DNA of 64,000 nucleotides from Planctomycetota bacterium (lineage in GTDB: Bacteria; Planctomycetota; UBA1135; UBA2386), in assembly GCA_965228735.1 (NCBI GenBank), contig OZ245838.1:2816001-2880000 (forward strand), given 5' to 3'. The first letter of the stretch is position 1, and the number at the start of each line of letters is the position of its first letter. The notes beneath the pieces are model-generated. The model was not told where the DNA came from, ran no database searches, and worked only from the letters and a program-made list of their open reading frames with translations. Below, in pieces: positions 10,523-17,930 of the stretch. A program made the translations under genes and the position numbers.

Positions 10523-11886
10523 GGGAGTGTGCGATGAACGGTGTATTCGCGTGACGGCTGGTGGGATCCTCTGACCCGTAGGGAGCCCACCGATGACCCC
10601 GAAGAAGAATGACCGCCACCGAATCCCGGACGAGCTGATCGACCAGCTCCTCGCCAACTACGAGAAGCCAGAAGACCTGACAGGAAAGGACGGCATCCTC
10701 AAGGAGCTGACGGCCCGGCTGCTCGGCCGAGCCCTCGAAGGCGAGATGACCGAGCACCTCGGCTACGAGAAGCACGCACCGCGTGCCGAGGGCACGAGCA
10801 ACGCGCGCAACGGATCACGCAGCAAGACGATCAAGGTCGAGGACGGCGAGCTCGAGATCGAGGTGCCGCGCGATCGCGACAGCACGTTCGAGCCCGAGAT
10901 CGTCAAGAAGCGCCAGAGACGCTTCGCGGGCTTCGACGAGAAGATCCTGGCGCTCTACGCCCGCGGCATGACCGTCCGCGACATCCAGGGCCACCTGGAG
11001 GAGCTGTACGGCGTCGAGGTCTCGCCATCGCTGATCTCGAGCGCCACGTCGGCGGTCCACGAAGACGTCCTGGCCTGGCAGAGCCGGCCGCTCGAGCCGG
11101 TCTACCCGATCGTCTTCCTCGATGCGCTCGTCGTGAAGGTGCGCGACGAAAGCGTCGTCCGAAACAAGTCGGTTTACCTGGCGATCGGCGTCACGCTCGA
11201 CGGCCGCCGCGAAGTCCTCGGGATCTGGATCGAGCAGACGGAGGGCGCCAAGTTCTGGCTGAAGGTCATGAACGAGCTGAAGACGCGGGGCGTCCAGGAC
11301 ATCCTGATTGCGTGCTGCGATGGCCTGAAGGGCTTCCCGGACGCGATCGAGCACGTGTTCCCGCAGGCCACCGTGCAGACCTGCATCGTGCACATGATCC
11401 GGAACTCGCTGCGCTTCGTCAGCTACAAGGATCGCAAGGCCGTCGCCAAGGACCTCAAGCCGATCTACACGGCGGCCAACCGTGAAGCCGCCGAGGCAGC
11501 GCTGGATGCCTTCGACAAGAAGTGGGGCCGCCGCTACGAGATGATCACCTCGTCCTGGCGAGCGAACTGGGAGCGTGTCGTGCCGTTCCTCGACTTCCCG
11601 CCCGAGGTCCGGCGCGTGATCTACACGACCAACCAGATCGAGGCGCTCAACTCGAGCCTGCGCAAGCTGCTGCAGTACCGCGGCCACTTCCCGGACGACA
11701 AGTCCGTCACCAAGCTGCTCTACCTCGCGCTGCGTCGCTTCGAGAAGAAGTGGACGCGTGCGCTCTGGAATTGGAGCGCCGTCCTCGGGCAGCTCGCTAT
11801 CTTCTTTCAAGGCAGGATACCTGCCCTGTAACCGTGACCTCACTCCGCCAGCTGGTCGCCGTTTACACCGTTAGCTGCACACTCCC
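10523..11886 (+). mobile_element. IS256-family element 1
   Basis: Imperfect terminal IRs GGGAGTGTGC...AACGGTGTA at both ends. No target duplication. Confidence 0.9.
10593..11831 (+). CDS. IS256-family (Mutator) DDE transposase
   Basis: Motifs EMTEHLGY, VPRDR, FLDA, CCDGLKG, QTCIVH and YTTNQIE. Confidence 0.95.
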   Translation: MTPKKNDRHRIPDELIDQLLANYEKPEDLTGKDGILKELTARLLGRALEGEMTEHLGYEKHAPRAEGTSNARNGSRSKTIKVEDGELEIEVPRDRDSTFEPEIVKKRQRRFAGFDEKILALYARGMTVRDIQGHLEELYGVEVSPSLISSATSAVHEDVLAWQSRPLEPVYPIVFLDALVVKVRDESVVRNKSVYLAIGVTLDGRREVLGIWIEQTEGAKFWLKVMNELKTRGVQDILIACCDGLKGFPDAIEHVFPQATVQTCIVHMIRNSLRFVSYKDRKAVAKDLKPIYTAANREAAEAALDAFDKKWGRRYEMITSSWRANWERVVPFLDFPPEVRRVIYTTNQIEALNSSLRKLLQYRGHFPDDKSVTKLLYLALRRFEKKWTRALWNWSAVLGQLAIFFQGRIPAL

Positions 11887-11952
11887 GCGGGAGCGCCACG
11901 AACGGTAGTGCAGCATGCGTTCTGTAAACCGCCCGAGGCAGCTTGACGCAGT

Positions 11953-12029
11953 CGGCGGTGGTCGTCGCGGTCGGTCTGGGCGCTGCACCCTGGGTGCAGT
12001 GGCCAGGCCGACCGCGACGACCACCGCCG
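11953..12029. repeat. Long inverted repeat inside the IS256-2 left end
   Basis: Stem of about 37 bp with a 3-nt loop; the outer 22 bp are perfect. Confidence 0.9.
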
Positions 12030-12101
12030 GCGCGGACGGATGCTTCAAGTCGGCGAGTCACGACGCTCAGCTTTTGTTAACCACAACGAAAGCAGAACGA
12101 A

Positions 12102-13277
12102 GTGACCCACCAATCCGAAAGTAGCACGCTCGACACCGTCTTGGAATCCATCGCAACGCAGGGTCTGGGAGGGATCGCGGACGCGATCCGCGTCCTCGTG
12201 AACGAGGCCATGAAGATCGAGCGATCCGCGTTCCTGGGCGCCGGTCCAAACGAGCGTACCGAGTCACGACGGGGCTACGCCAACGGCTTCAAGCCGAAGA
12301 CCGTGGCGACTCGCGTCGGCGCGATCGAGTTCGCCGTCCCGCAGGTCCGCGAGGCCGTCGACGGCGAACGCTTCTATCCGACGGCACTCGAACGCGGGAT
12401 TCGCTCGGAGCGCGCCCTGAAGCTCGCGGTCGCCGAGATGTACGTCCAGGGCGTCTCGACCCGCAAGGTCGCCGCGATCACCGAGGAGCTCTGCGGAGTA
12501 CAGGTGTCGTCCCAGCAGGTCTCCCGGGCCGCCGCGGCACTCGACGACGAGCTGCAGCAGTGGCGGATGCGCGAGCTCGGCCGGTGCCGCTACCTGGTCC
12601 TCGATGCCCGCTACGAAAAGGTCCGGCACGCCGGCTCCGTCATGAGCGCCGCCGTCCTGATCGCGACGGGCGTCGATGATGCAGGCCATCGCTCGGTCCT
12701 CGGCGTCAGCGTGTCGCGCTCGGAAGCCGAGGTCCACTGGCGCGACTTCCTCGACAGCCTGCGTGAACGTGGCCTGCACGGGCTCGGACTCATCGTCAGT
12801 GACGACCACTCTGGCCTCCGCCAAGCTTTGGCGGCGAGCTTTCCCGGAGTCGCTTGGCAACGCTGCCAGTTCCACCTGCAACGCAACGCCGCTCCACGAG
12901 TGCCGACCGTCTCGTTGCGCCCGTCGATCGCTCGTGGACTTCGTGCGGTCTTCAACGCTCCAGACCGACCTGAGGCCGAACGGCTTCTTGATAGGCTTCT
13001 GGAGGATCACGCGGAAACCGCTCCCGACTTTGTCCGGTGGGCTCGCGACAACGTCCCCGACGGCTTCGCTGTCTTCGCGATCCCGGCGACGCACCGTCGC
13101 TGCCTTCGCACGACCAACATGCTCGAGCGCCTCAACAAGGAGCTCCTGCGCCGCACCCGCGTTGCGACGCTCTTCCCCAACGACGCCTCTCTTCTCCGGC
13201 TCGCCACCGCGGTCCTCATGGAGATCAGCGAGGACTGGGTGACTGGCCGTCGCTATCTCTCCATGGACGCTGAGTGA
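12102..13277 (+). CDS. IS256-family DDE transposase
   Basis: Motifs EMYVQGVSTRKV, LDARYEKVR, SDDHSGL, WQRCQFH and TTNMLE. Confidence 0.95.
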   Translation: MTHQSESSTLDTVLESIATQGLGGIADAIRVLVNEAMKIERSAFLGAGPNERTESRRGYANGFKPKTVATRVGAIEFAVPQVREAVDGERFYPTALERGIRSERALKLAVAEMYVQGVSTRKVAAITEELCGVQVSSQQVSRAAAALDDELQQWRMRELGRCRYLVLDARYEKVRHAGSVMSAAVLIATGVDDAGHRSVLGVSVSRSEAEVHWRDFLDSLRERGLHGLGLIVSDDHSGLRQALAASFPGVAWQRCQFHLQRNAAPRVPTVSLRPSIARGLRAVFNAPDRPEAERLLDRLLEDHAETAPDFVRWARDNVPDGFAVFAIPATHRRCLRTTNMLERLNKELLRRTRVATLFPNDASLLRLATAVLMEISEDWVTGRRYLSMDAE

Positions 13278-13434
13278 AATGATTCGCCGACTATGGGCTC
13301 GCTCTTACAGAACGAATGTTGCTTTGCCCCACGAACGCCGAGGAATTCGCGTGACCGCACGCATCGCTACAGATAGCAACTTCACCCAGGGAGAGGAATC
13401 GCACGTCGCGAAACCAACCTGGAAAGGAGAGGCG

Positions 13435-13791
13435 ATGCACTACGGACAGTGGCTCATCAACGACGGCGATGCGACGACGAAAGTCTTCACGCCATGGTTC
13501 CCGCGCGGTGGCGACAACGCAATCATGACGTATGAGATCATTACGTCGCTCGGCGGGACCTTCACCGTGGACGTGGTCCACAAGAACAAGGACGACACCG
13601 GGAACGGCTCCATCCTAACCCCATCGAGCGCATTCACCGTGGTGTCTGGAACAAGCTTCTACGAAGGAGAGTTTGCCAAGCTCAAAGAGCTTGTGCGATT
13701 CCAGGTCAGCCTGGTGTCCGGGACGACAGCAATCCAAGCGGTGCTCTACCGAATGCTAGCCCCAACTTGGTTCAACGACGTCGGCGCGTAG
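13435..13791 (+). CDS. Hypothetical small beta protein A (FPRGGD family)
   Basis: Strong RBS (AAGGAG) before ATG 13435. Paralog of the next gene. Confidence 0.8.
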   Translation: MHYGQWLINDGDATTKVFTPWFPRGGDNAIMTYEIITSLGGTFTVDVVHKNKDDTGNGSILTPSSAFTVVSGTSFYEGEFAKLKELVRFQVSLVSGTTAIQAVLYRMLAPTWFNDVGA

Positions 13792-13823
13792 CTTGCCACA
13801 ACAACAGTCGAAAAGGAGAAGTC

Positions 13824-14174
13824 ATGAACATCCCAGGTCGCAGAATCGAAGAGAACGAGATAATCACCACCGAGCCTTTCCCCCGCGGCGGAGATGGTAT
13901 GTTTCTTAGGGCACAGATGATCGATCGTCTGGACTCAACCGGGAACCTCGAAGTTGCCGTGTTCACGCGCAATACGGAGGAGGACTGGCCGGGATTGGCT
14001 ACCGCAACAATGAACATGACGCTCACGAATGGTGCGGTGTCTGAGATTCAAGTGGAAGGCTTGAAGGAGCAGATCCGTGTCAGGGTGACCGGGCCGACTG
14101 GCACGGGCACTGCCGCCGTCGTCCGCATCTTCCCGCCGCTTTTCTACGACGCGGCTATCGGAAACCTACCGTAG
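13824..14174 (+). CDS. Hypothetical small beta protein B (FPRGGD family)
   Basis: RBS AAGGAG before ATG 13824. Shares FPRGGD, LKExxR and RxxxPxF motifs with protein A. Confidence 0.8.
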   Translation: MNIPGRRIEENEIITTEPFPRGGDGMFLRAQMIDRLDSTGNLEVAVFTRNTEEDWPGLATATMNMTLTNGAVSEIQVEGLKEQIRVRVTGPTGTGTAAVVRIFPPLFYDAAIGNLP

Positions 14175-14252
14175 CTCAGCGAGGCATAGCTTCCTGAAAC
14201 CGGGGCCCGTCATATCCGCGCACCCTCCCTGAGACTCCACCCCTCCAAAGCA

Positions 14253-15425
14253 ATGCTCCCAGATTACAGCGGCACTCTGTTTGATCCTCCGGCCGAACAA
14301 GGCTGTGGATGCTCAGGGGGAGGTTGCGGCGGTGACTGTGGATGCGGAGGATCCTGTGGCGGGTGCAACGGCGGCTGCACGGGCGGGTGCAGCGGCGGAG
14401 CTGGGAGCAGCGCCCCTTTTTCGGAACCAGCCTTCGAGCCCGCGAACAGTCATATCCCGATTGACTTCCTAGGCGCCTGGTCAAGCGGTGGCTTGGGGAG
14501 TTCGGGGCCGCAGTTACTGGGCAGTGCCGCGCGCCAGGTAGACATCCCGAATCCCGGCGAAGGTGAACGCGGACAAATCACCAAGGAGGAGCCCGAGCCC
14601 CGCATTTGCCCCAAGGAATGCGAGGATCTATTCCCGCGCGTAGAGAAGGCCTGCACCCCGGATTGCTTCGTGCGAGAATGCATGACAATTGCTCACATCT
14701 ACGCTGAGTGCATTCGATCGGCGGGCGTCGACCCGAAGATGTGCCCTCAAGTCGACTGCGGGGACGACGAGGAGTGCCACGAGCTCCCTGAATGCAAGCC
14801 GCTGTATCGAGCTTATCTCGCGTCACAGGAGGACCTCCTTCAACCCGGCGGCTTTGCTCGCCTCGCGGCTCGCCACCCCAAAGGCTACGGTTCACCGTGG
14901 AGCAAGTATAAAGAATGCTGCCTGAAGAACTGCAAAAATGTGAAAGGCAAAAAGGGGCGCAGCAAGAAATCTGCCCGATCTTGCCGCTACGGAGGAGCCA
15001 ACATTACGTGTAACTTCTCGATTCCGGGGCCGACGGAAAGTCCAATACCGACGTTCTGCGAGTGCACATGGAAGCTAGATTGCGTATGCTGCAAGACAAG
15101 CGACTCCGAAGGAATGAAATGCGTTCGTGGGTGCGTGCAATGCCTGAAGTCTGTTGGCGCCGATGTAGACGCACATAATGACTGCTTCGAGAGTTGCCGT
15201 GAAGACGGCAAGTGGACCGACCAGGACGAGCAAGAATTCCGGCGAGTCGCGGACGATTGCTTGGTATGCAACGATCCCTACTGTGAGAGCGCAATGAGGG
15301 CAGGGATCCCGTTTAGAACATGGGAGATCATGAAGCGTATGGGCAATTGCGTCTACCGCGAGACTGGATCGGGGCCGATCTTTGAGGCGGCGGAGGGATG
15401 CAGTGACGAAGATCGAAATGGCTGA
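14253..15425 (+). CDS. Cysteine-rich protein with Gly/Cys-repeat N-terminus
   Basis: 390 aa open frame in lower-GC DNA with about 39 Cys by manual count. Start lacks a clear RBS. Confidence 0.7.
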   Translation: MLPDYSGTLFDPPAEQGCGCSGGGCGGDCGCGGSCGGCNGGCTGGCSGGAGSSAPFSEPAFEPANSHIPIDFLGAWSSGGLGSSGPQLLGSAARQVDIPNPGEGERGQITKEEPEPRICPKECEDLFPRVEKACTPDCFVRECMTIAHIYAECIRSAGVDPKMCPQVDCGDDEECHELPECKPLYRAYLASQEDLLQPGGFARLAARHPKGYGSPWSKYKECCLKNCKNVKGKKGRSKKSARSCRYGGANITCNFSIPGPTESPIPTFCECTWKLDCVCCKTSDSEGMKCVRGCVQCLKSVGADVDAHNDCFESCREDGKWTDQDEQEFRRVADDCLVCNDPYCESAMRAGIPFRTWEIMKRMGNCVYRETGSGPIFEAAEGCSDEDRNG

Positions 15426-15452
15426 GGCAAGGATGACGAGGAGAGACGCTGA

Positions 15453-15839
15453 TTGAGATCGCAGAGGCGGCACTATGTCGCGGCCCTCTCTTTGGCTGCC
15501 ATTTGCGGACTTGCTCTCCTTCTCTGGACGCAAAGACCCAGCGTGGACGCGATTGCCGAGAAGTGGAGGACAGCGGACGCTGAAGTCGGATCAGTTCTTT
15601 TCCAGAAACACTGCATCAACTGCCATACTGGGTTCGCACCTCGATTGAGGGGAGCAATCAATCGCGCTCGCGAATCGAACGTGGGAATTAGGTATTTGAT
15701 TGAGTCGATCGTCTACCCAGAGAGCGTCGTGGTGCCACAGCCAACAATGAAGAGGTCGTTGCCCATGCCATACTTTGACTTCAGCGAACGGGAGATTGCG
15801 AACCTCGTTCGATACATGATCGAGAGTCACGGGCGATAA
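15453..15839 (+). CDS. Membrane-anchored monoheme cytochrome c
   Basis: N-terminal TM/signal, LFQKHCINCH heme motif, YLIESIVYP and distal MP. GAGGAG RBS precedes TTG. Confidence 0.75.
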   Translation: MRSQRRHYVAALSLAAICGLALLLWTQRPSVDAIAEKWRTADAEVGSVLFQKHCINCHTGFAPRLRGAINRARESNVGIRYLIESIVYPESVVVPQPTMKRSLPMPYFDFSEREIANLVRYMIESHGR

Positions 15840-15961
15840 GGACACTGCCGTCGCAGCCCCAGCTCAAGAAACTCTGCCTCCGCCGCTGCGATCCGCTCCG
15901 CACGCGAACAGCTCTGCTTGCCGGTTGAGGGAATCTCGACGCCTACGCCCGCTCGCGCTCC

Positions 15962-16123
15962 TCATCCTCGAAAATCGGCCACGACGACTTCCCACAACCG
16001 TCGCACTGCCTCACGAACGTGAGCCTCGGCGGGGCGAGCGTAGAGGCCCGTGATCCCTGCCGCAGTCGTAGCCTGATGGCCTAGCAAGTGCGCGACGACT
16101 GGGATCGGCACGGGCGGATCGAC
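15962..16123 (-). pseudogene. C-terminal remnant of a second tyrosine integrase
   Basis: Translates to VDPPVPIPVVAHLLGHQATTAAGITGLYARPAEAHVREAVRRLWEVVVADFRG*, which carries the LLGH...Y catalytic box. Absent from the ORF track. Confidence 0.75.
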
Positions 16124-16125
16124 CG

Positions 16126-16944
16126 TTACCGCAATTGCGGCGGATCGATCTTGCCCAACAATGCCGCCACCGCGCGGAAGTAGGCGCCGACGAACGGGAG
16201 ACGCATGGCGAACCGGCCAACCGCGTCCGCAAGGATGGGACTAATCGTCGTGACCGTGATCCAGGTGCGAACGGCGAGGACATGCAATCGCCCGGGGCGC
16301 TTCTTGCGCATCTCGCTAACGTGTCGCCGCAGGTCGGCCGCGGACATCATCAACATCTCGCCCGTCTCGCCGGTCGAAAACCATGCGAACCAGTCGAGGA
16401 CGGCGCCAACCGTCGCGCGCCGACGAGGCGATCGACGCTCCGTCGTGCCTCGCCCTCGCACCAAGGTGAGCGCCAAGAGCCCGGCGACGCCGAGCATGGT
16501 CAATTGGATCCACTCCAGCCAACCAGGCGCCGAGACCGCGACCTGGTCAAACGAGGTCTTGCCGAGGTGCAACTCGATCCCTGAGTGAAATACCCCATCG
16601 TGGATCTTGACGCCCTCCCATCGCGTGCCCGCGCTCAGCTCGCGAGCGATCCGCTGCGCTTCGTCTCCTGGCATGTCATAGACTCGCGAGTAGCCGAACT
16701 CGCTCCAGATCGGGTGGCTGGTGTGGAGCAGATGCTCGTCAACCAACCGCGAACAGTATTCGCGATCGGCAGGGATGACCTCGGCGCCTCCACGCCGCTG
16801 GAAGTCCTCGATTGCTACCGCAAGCTCGTCGATCATCTCCTCGCGAGTCGGGGCCCGATGCCCGCCCGGCGCCGACGGAACGAAGCTCATCAAGCACGCG
16901 CAGAACACCGACGCGACCAAGATCATCAGCTTGCGACGACTCAT
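16126..16944 (-). CDS. Membrane protein coupled to PadR
   Basis: Signal/TM segment, soluble domain and further TM. ATGA overlap with padR. Confidence 0.65.
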   Translation of the reverse strand: MSRRKLMILVASVFCACLMSFVPSAPGGHRAPTREEMIDELAVAIEDFQRRGGAEVIPADREYCSRLVDEHLLHTSHPIWSEFGYSRVYDMPGDEAQRIARELSAGTRWEGVKIHDGVFHSGIELHLGKTSFDQVAVSAPGWLEWIQLTMLGVAGLLALTLVRGRGTTERRSPRRRATVGAVLDWFAWFSTGETGEMLMMSAADLRRHVSEMRKKRPGRLHVLAVRTWITVTTISPILADAVGRFAMRLPFVGAYFRAVAALLGKIDPPQLR

Positions 16945-17240
16945 GCCAGCCTCCCGCGCAGTCCGAACTTCGCGAGTTGCTGGTATCTCTCTCGCGCGAG
17001 CGCCAGAGCCTCAACACCAGCGCCGGTGATCCTGAACCACCGCAGGCGCCCGTCTTCGTCCTCGTCGTCGCGCATGGCTACCCACCCGGCTTCCCGCATC
17101 CGGCGGAACGAGGTGTAGAGCGTGCCGAACGAGATGGAGCGGCCGGTTTCCTTCTCGAACAGCTTGCCGACCTCGCGGCCAGTCCGCTCCGTGACGGTCA
17201 ACGCCAGCAGTTGGAACTCGGTGTCGGTCGGGAGACCCAT
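16941..17240 (-). CDS. PadR-family winged-helix regulator
   Basis: SISFGTLYTSFRRMREAGWV...RWFRITGAG. Confidence 0.85.
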   Translation of the reverse strand: MGLPTDTEFQLLALTVTERTGREVGKLFEKETGRSISFGTLYTSFRRMREAGWVAMRDDEDEDGRLRWFRITGAGVEALALARERYQQLAKFGLRGRLA

Positions 17241-17246
17241 GCCGAT

Positions 17247-17275
17247 AGTGTGCAGTCGTATACTATACGTGTCAA
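17247..17275 (-). promoter_or_regulatory. Putative sigma70 promoter with palindromic operator for padR
   Basis: TTGACA-17 nt-CACACT, 6 nt before ATG (leaderless). The spacer contains the perfect IR CGTATA-N-TATACG at 17257-17269. Confidence 0.6.
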
Positions 17276-17341
17276 GACAGCAGCGGCGAGCACCCACTCG
17301 CCCACTGGTTTTCACACTGGTGCTCCACAGGTGTCCTGGAG

Positions 17342-17386
17342 CTGGGGCAACCTGGGGCAACAGGCTGGGGCAACGGGTGGTGCAAC
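17342..17386 (+). repeat. Putative integrase arm-type sites
   Basis: CTGGGGCAAC at 17342, 17352 and 17365, and GTGGTGCAAC at 17377. Same motif occurs at 9206-9227. Confidence 0.65.
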
Positions 17387-17525
17387 ACTCCGAAATCACG
17401 CCTCAGCAGCCCACCGAGTCACTTCCCAGCGGCATCGCCACTTCCGCTACAAGCCGTTCAACAATATCGGCTTACGACTCCAGTGGAAGCCCTGCGAAAG
17501 ACGTGATCCGGCGGCGTTCTCTGGC

Positions 17526-17571
17526 TTTGAAGACCAGGCCGAACACCAGCTCGGATGCACTCCCGTGGGGT
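17526..17571. repeat. att direct repeat, right copy (tRNA-Sec 5' half only, 17526-17564)
   Basis: Identical to 9148-9193. The tRNA 3' half is absent. Confidence 0.95.
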
Positions 17572-17620
17572 ATCTCGCTCGCTCTTGGCAACAGCCGCTG
17601 CAACGGACTGGACCTGCCTC

Positions 17621-17745
17621 GTGCCGAGGAGATCCCAGCGCTGACCCGATCTTGCAAGGGTCCGGCGCTGGGTGGCGCGCGAGCGTATCCAGCGGCTGCA
17701 GGCGATGCAAAGGACCGGTTCGCCCGGACGAAGTTGCGAATCAGC
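17621..17745 (+). pseudogene. Degenerate copy of the integrase 5' end
   Basis: GTGCCGAGGAGATCCCAGCGCTGA...GTCCGGCGCTGGGTGGCGCGCGAGCGTATCCA aligns to 9244-9365 and has an early TGA. Confidence 0.8.
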
Positions 17746-17851
17746 GGCCGATCGGCCGGTCGAAGTGTCGCGCCCCCCGGCCCGAAACGCTGCGCGGCAG
17801 GAAGCGGAGTTTCTTTGGGCGCCGTGCAACCGTCGGCTCGTTGCTGTCGAA

Positions 17852-17930
17852 GAAATGGTCGAGAAGGCCGCGCCGGATCAAATACCGACTTTCTTTGAAA
17901 CATAGTCCGGGCGCGGCCTTCTCCCATTTC
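17852..17930. repeat. Inverted repeat with AT-rich loop
   Basis: GAAATGGTCGAGAAGGCCGCGCCGGA ... TCCGGGCGCGGCCTTCTCCCATTTC. Confidence 0.8.

Larger units (their letters stand above)
11904..13328 (+). mobile_element. IS256-family element 2 with 8-bp target duplication
   Basis: IRs GGTAGTGCAGCATGCGTTCTGTAA and GGCAAAGCAACATTCGTTCTGTAA (reverse complement). TSD CCACGAAC at 11896-11903 and 13329-13336. Confidence 0.92.
9148..17571. mobile_element. Decayed tyrosine-integrase integrative element at selC
   Basis: 46-bp perfect direct repeat at 9148-9193 and 17526-17571 that starts at the anticodon loop. Adjacent integrase, arm-like repeats at both ends, IS elements and lower-GC cargo. Confidence 0.85.

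Noticed and set aside
15423..15452. Two in-frame TGA codons link the Cys-rich ORF to the cytochrome c in the same frame, inside a selC island (possible Sec read-through fusion)
   Set aside because: I see no convincing SECIS-like hairpin after either TGA. A GAGGAG RBS supports an independent TTG start, and sharing a frame has a 1-in-3 chance.
17342..17386. Short repeats as a CRISPR array
   Set aside because: The units are 10 bp with 0-3 bp spacers and there are no cas genes. Integrase arm sites explain them better.
17526..17564. Second tRNA gene
   Set aside because: Only the 5' half is present, with no variable arm, T arm or acceptor 3' strand.
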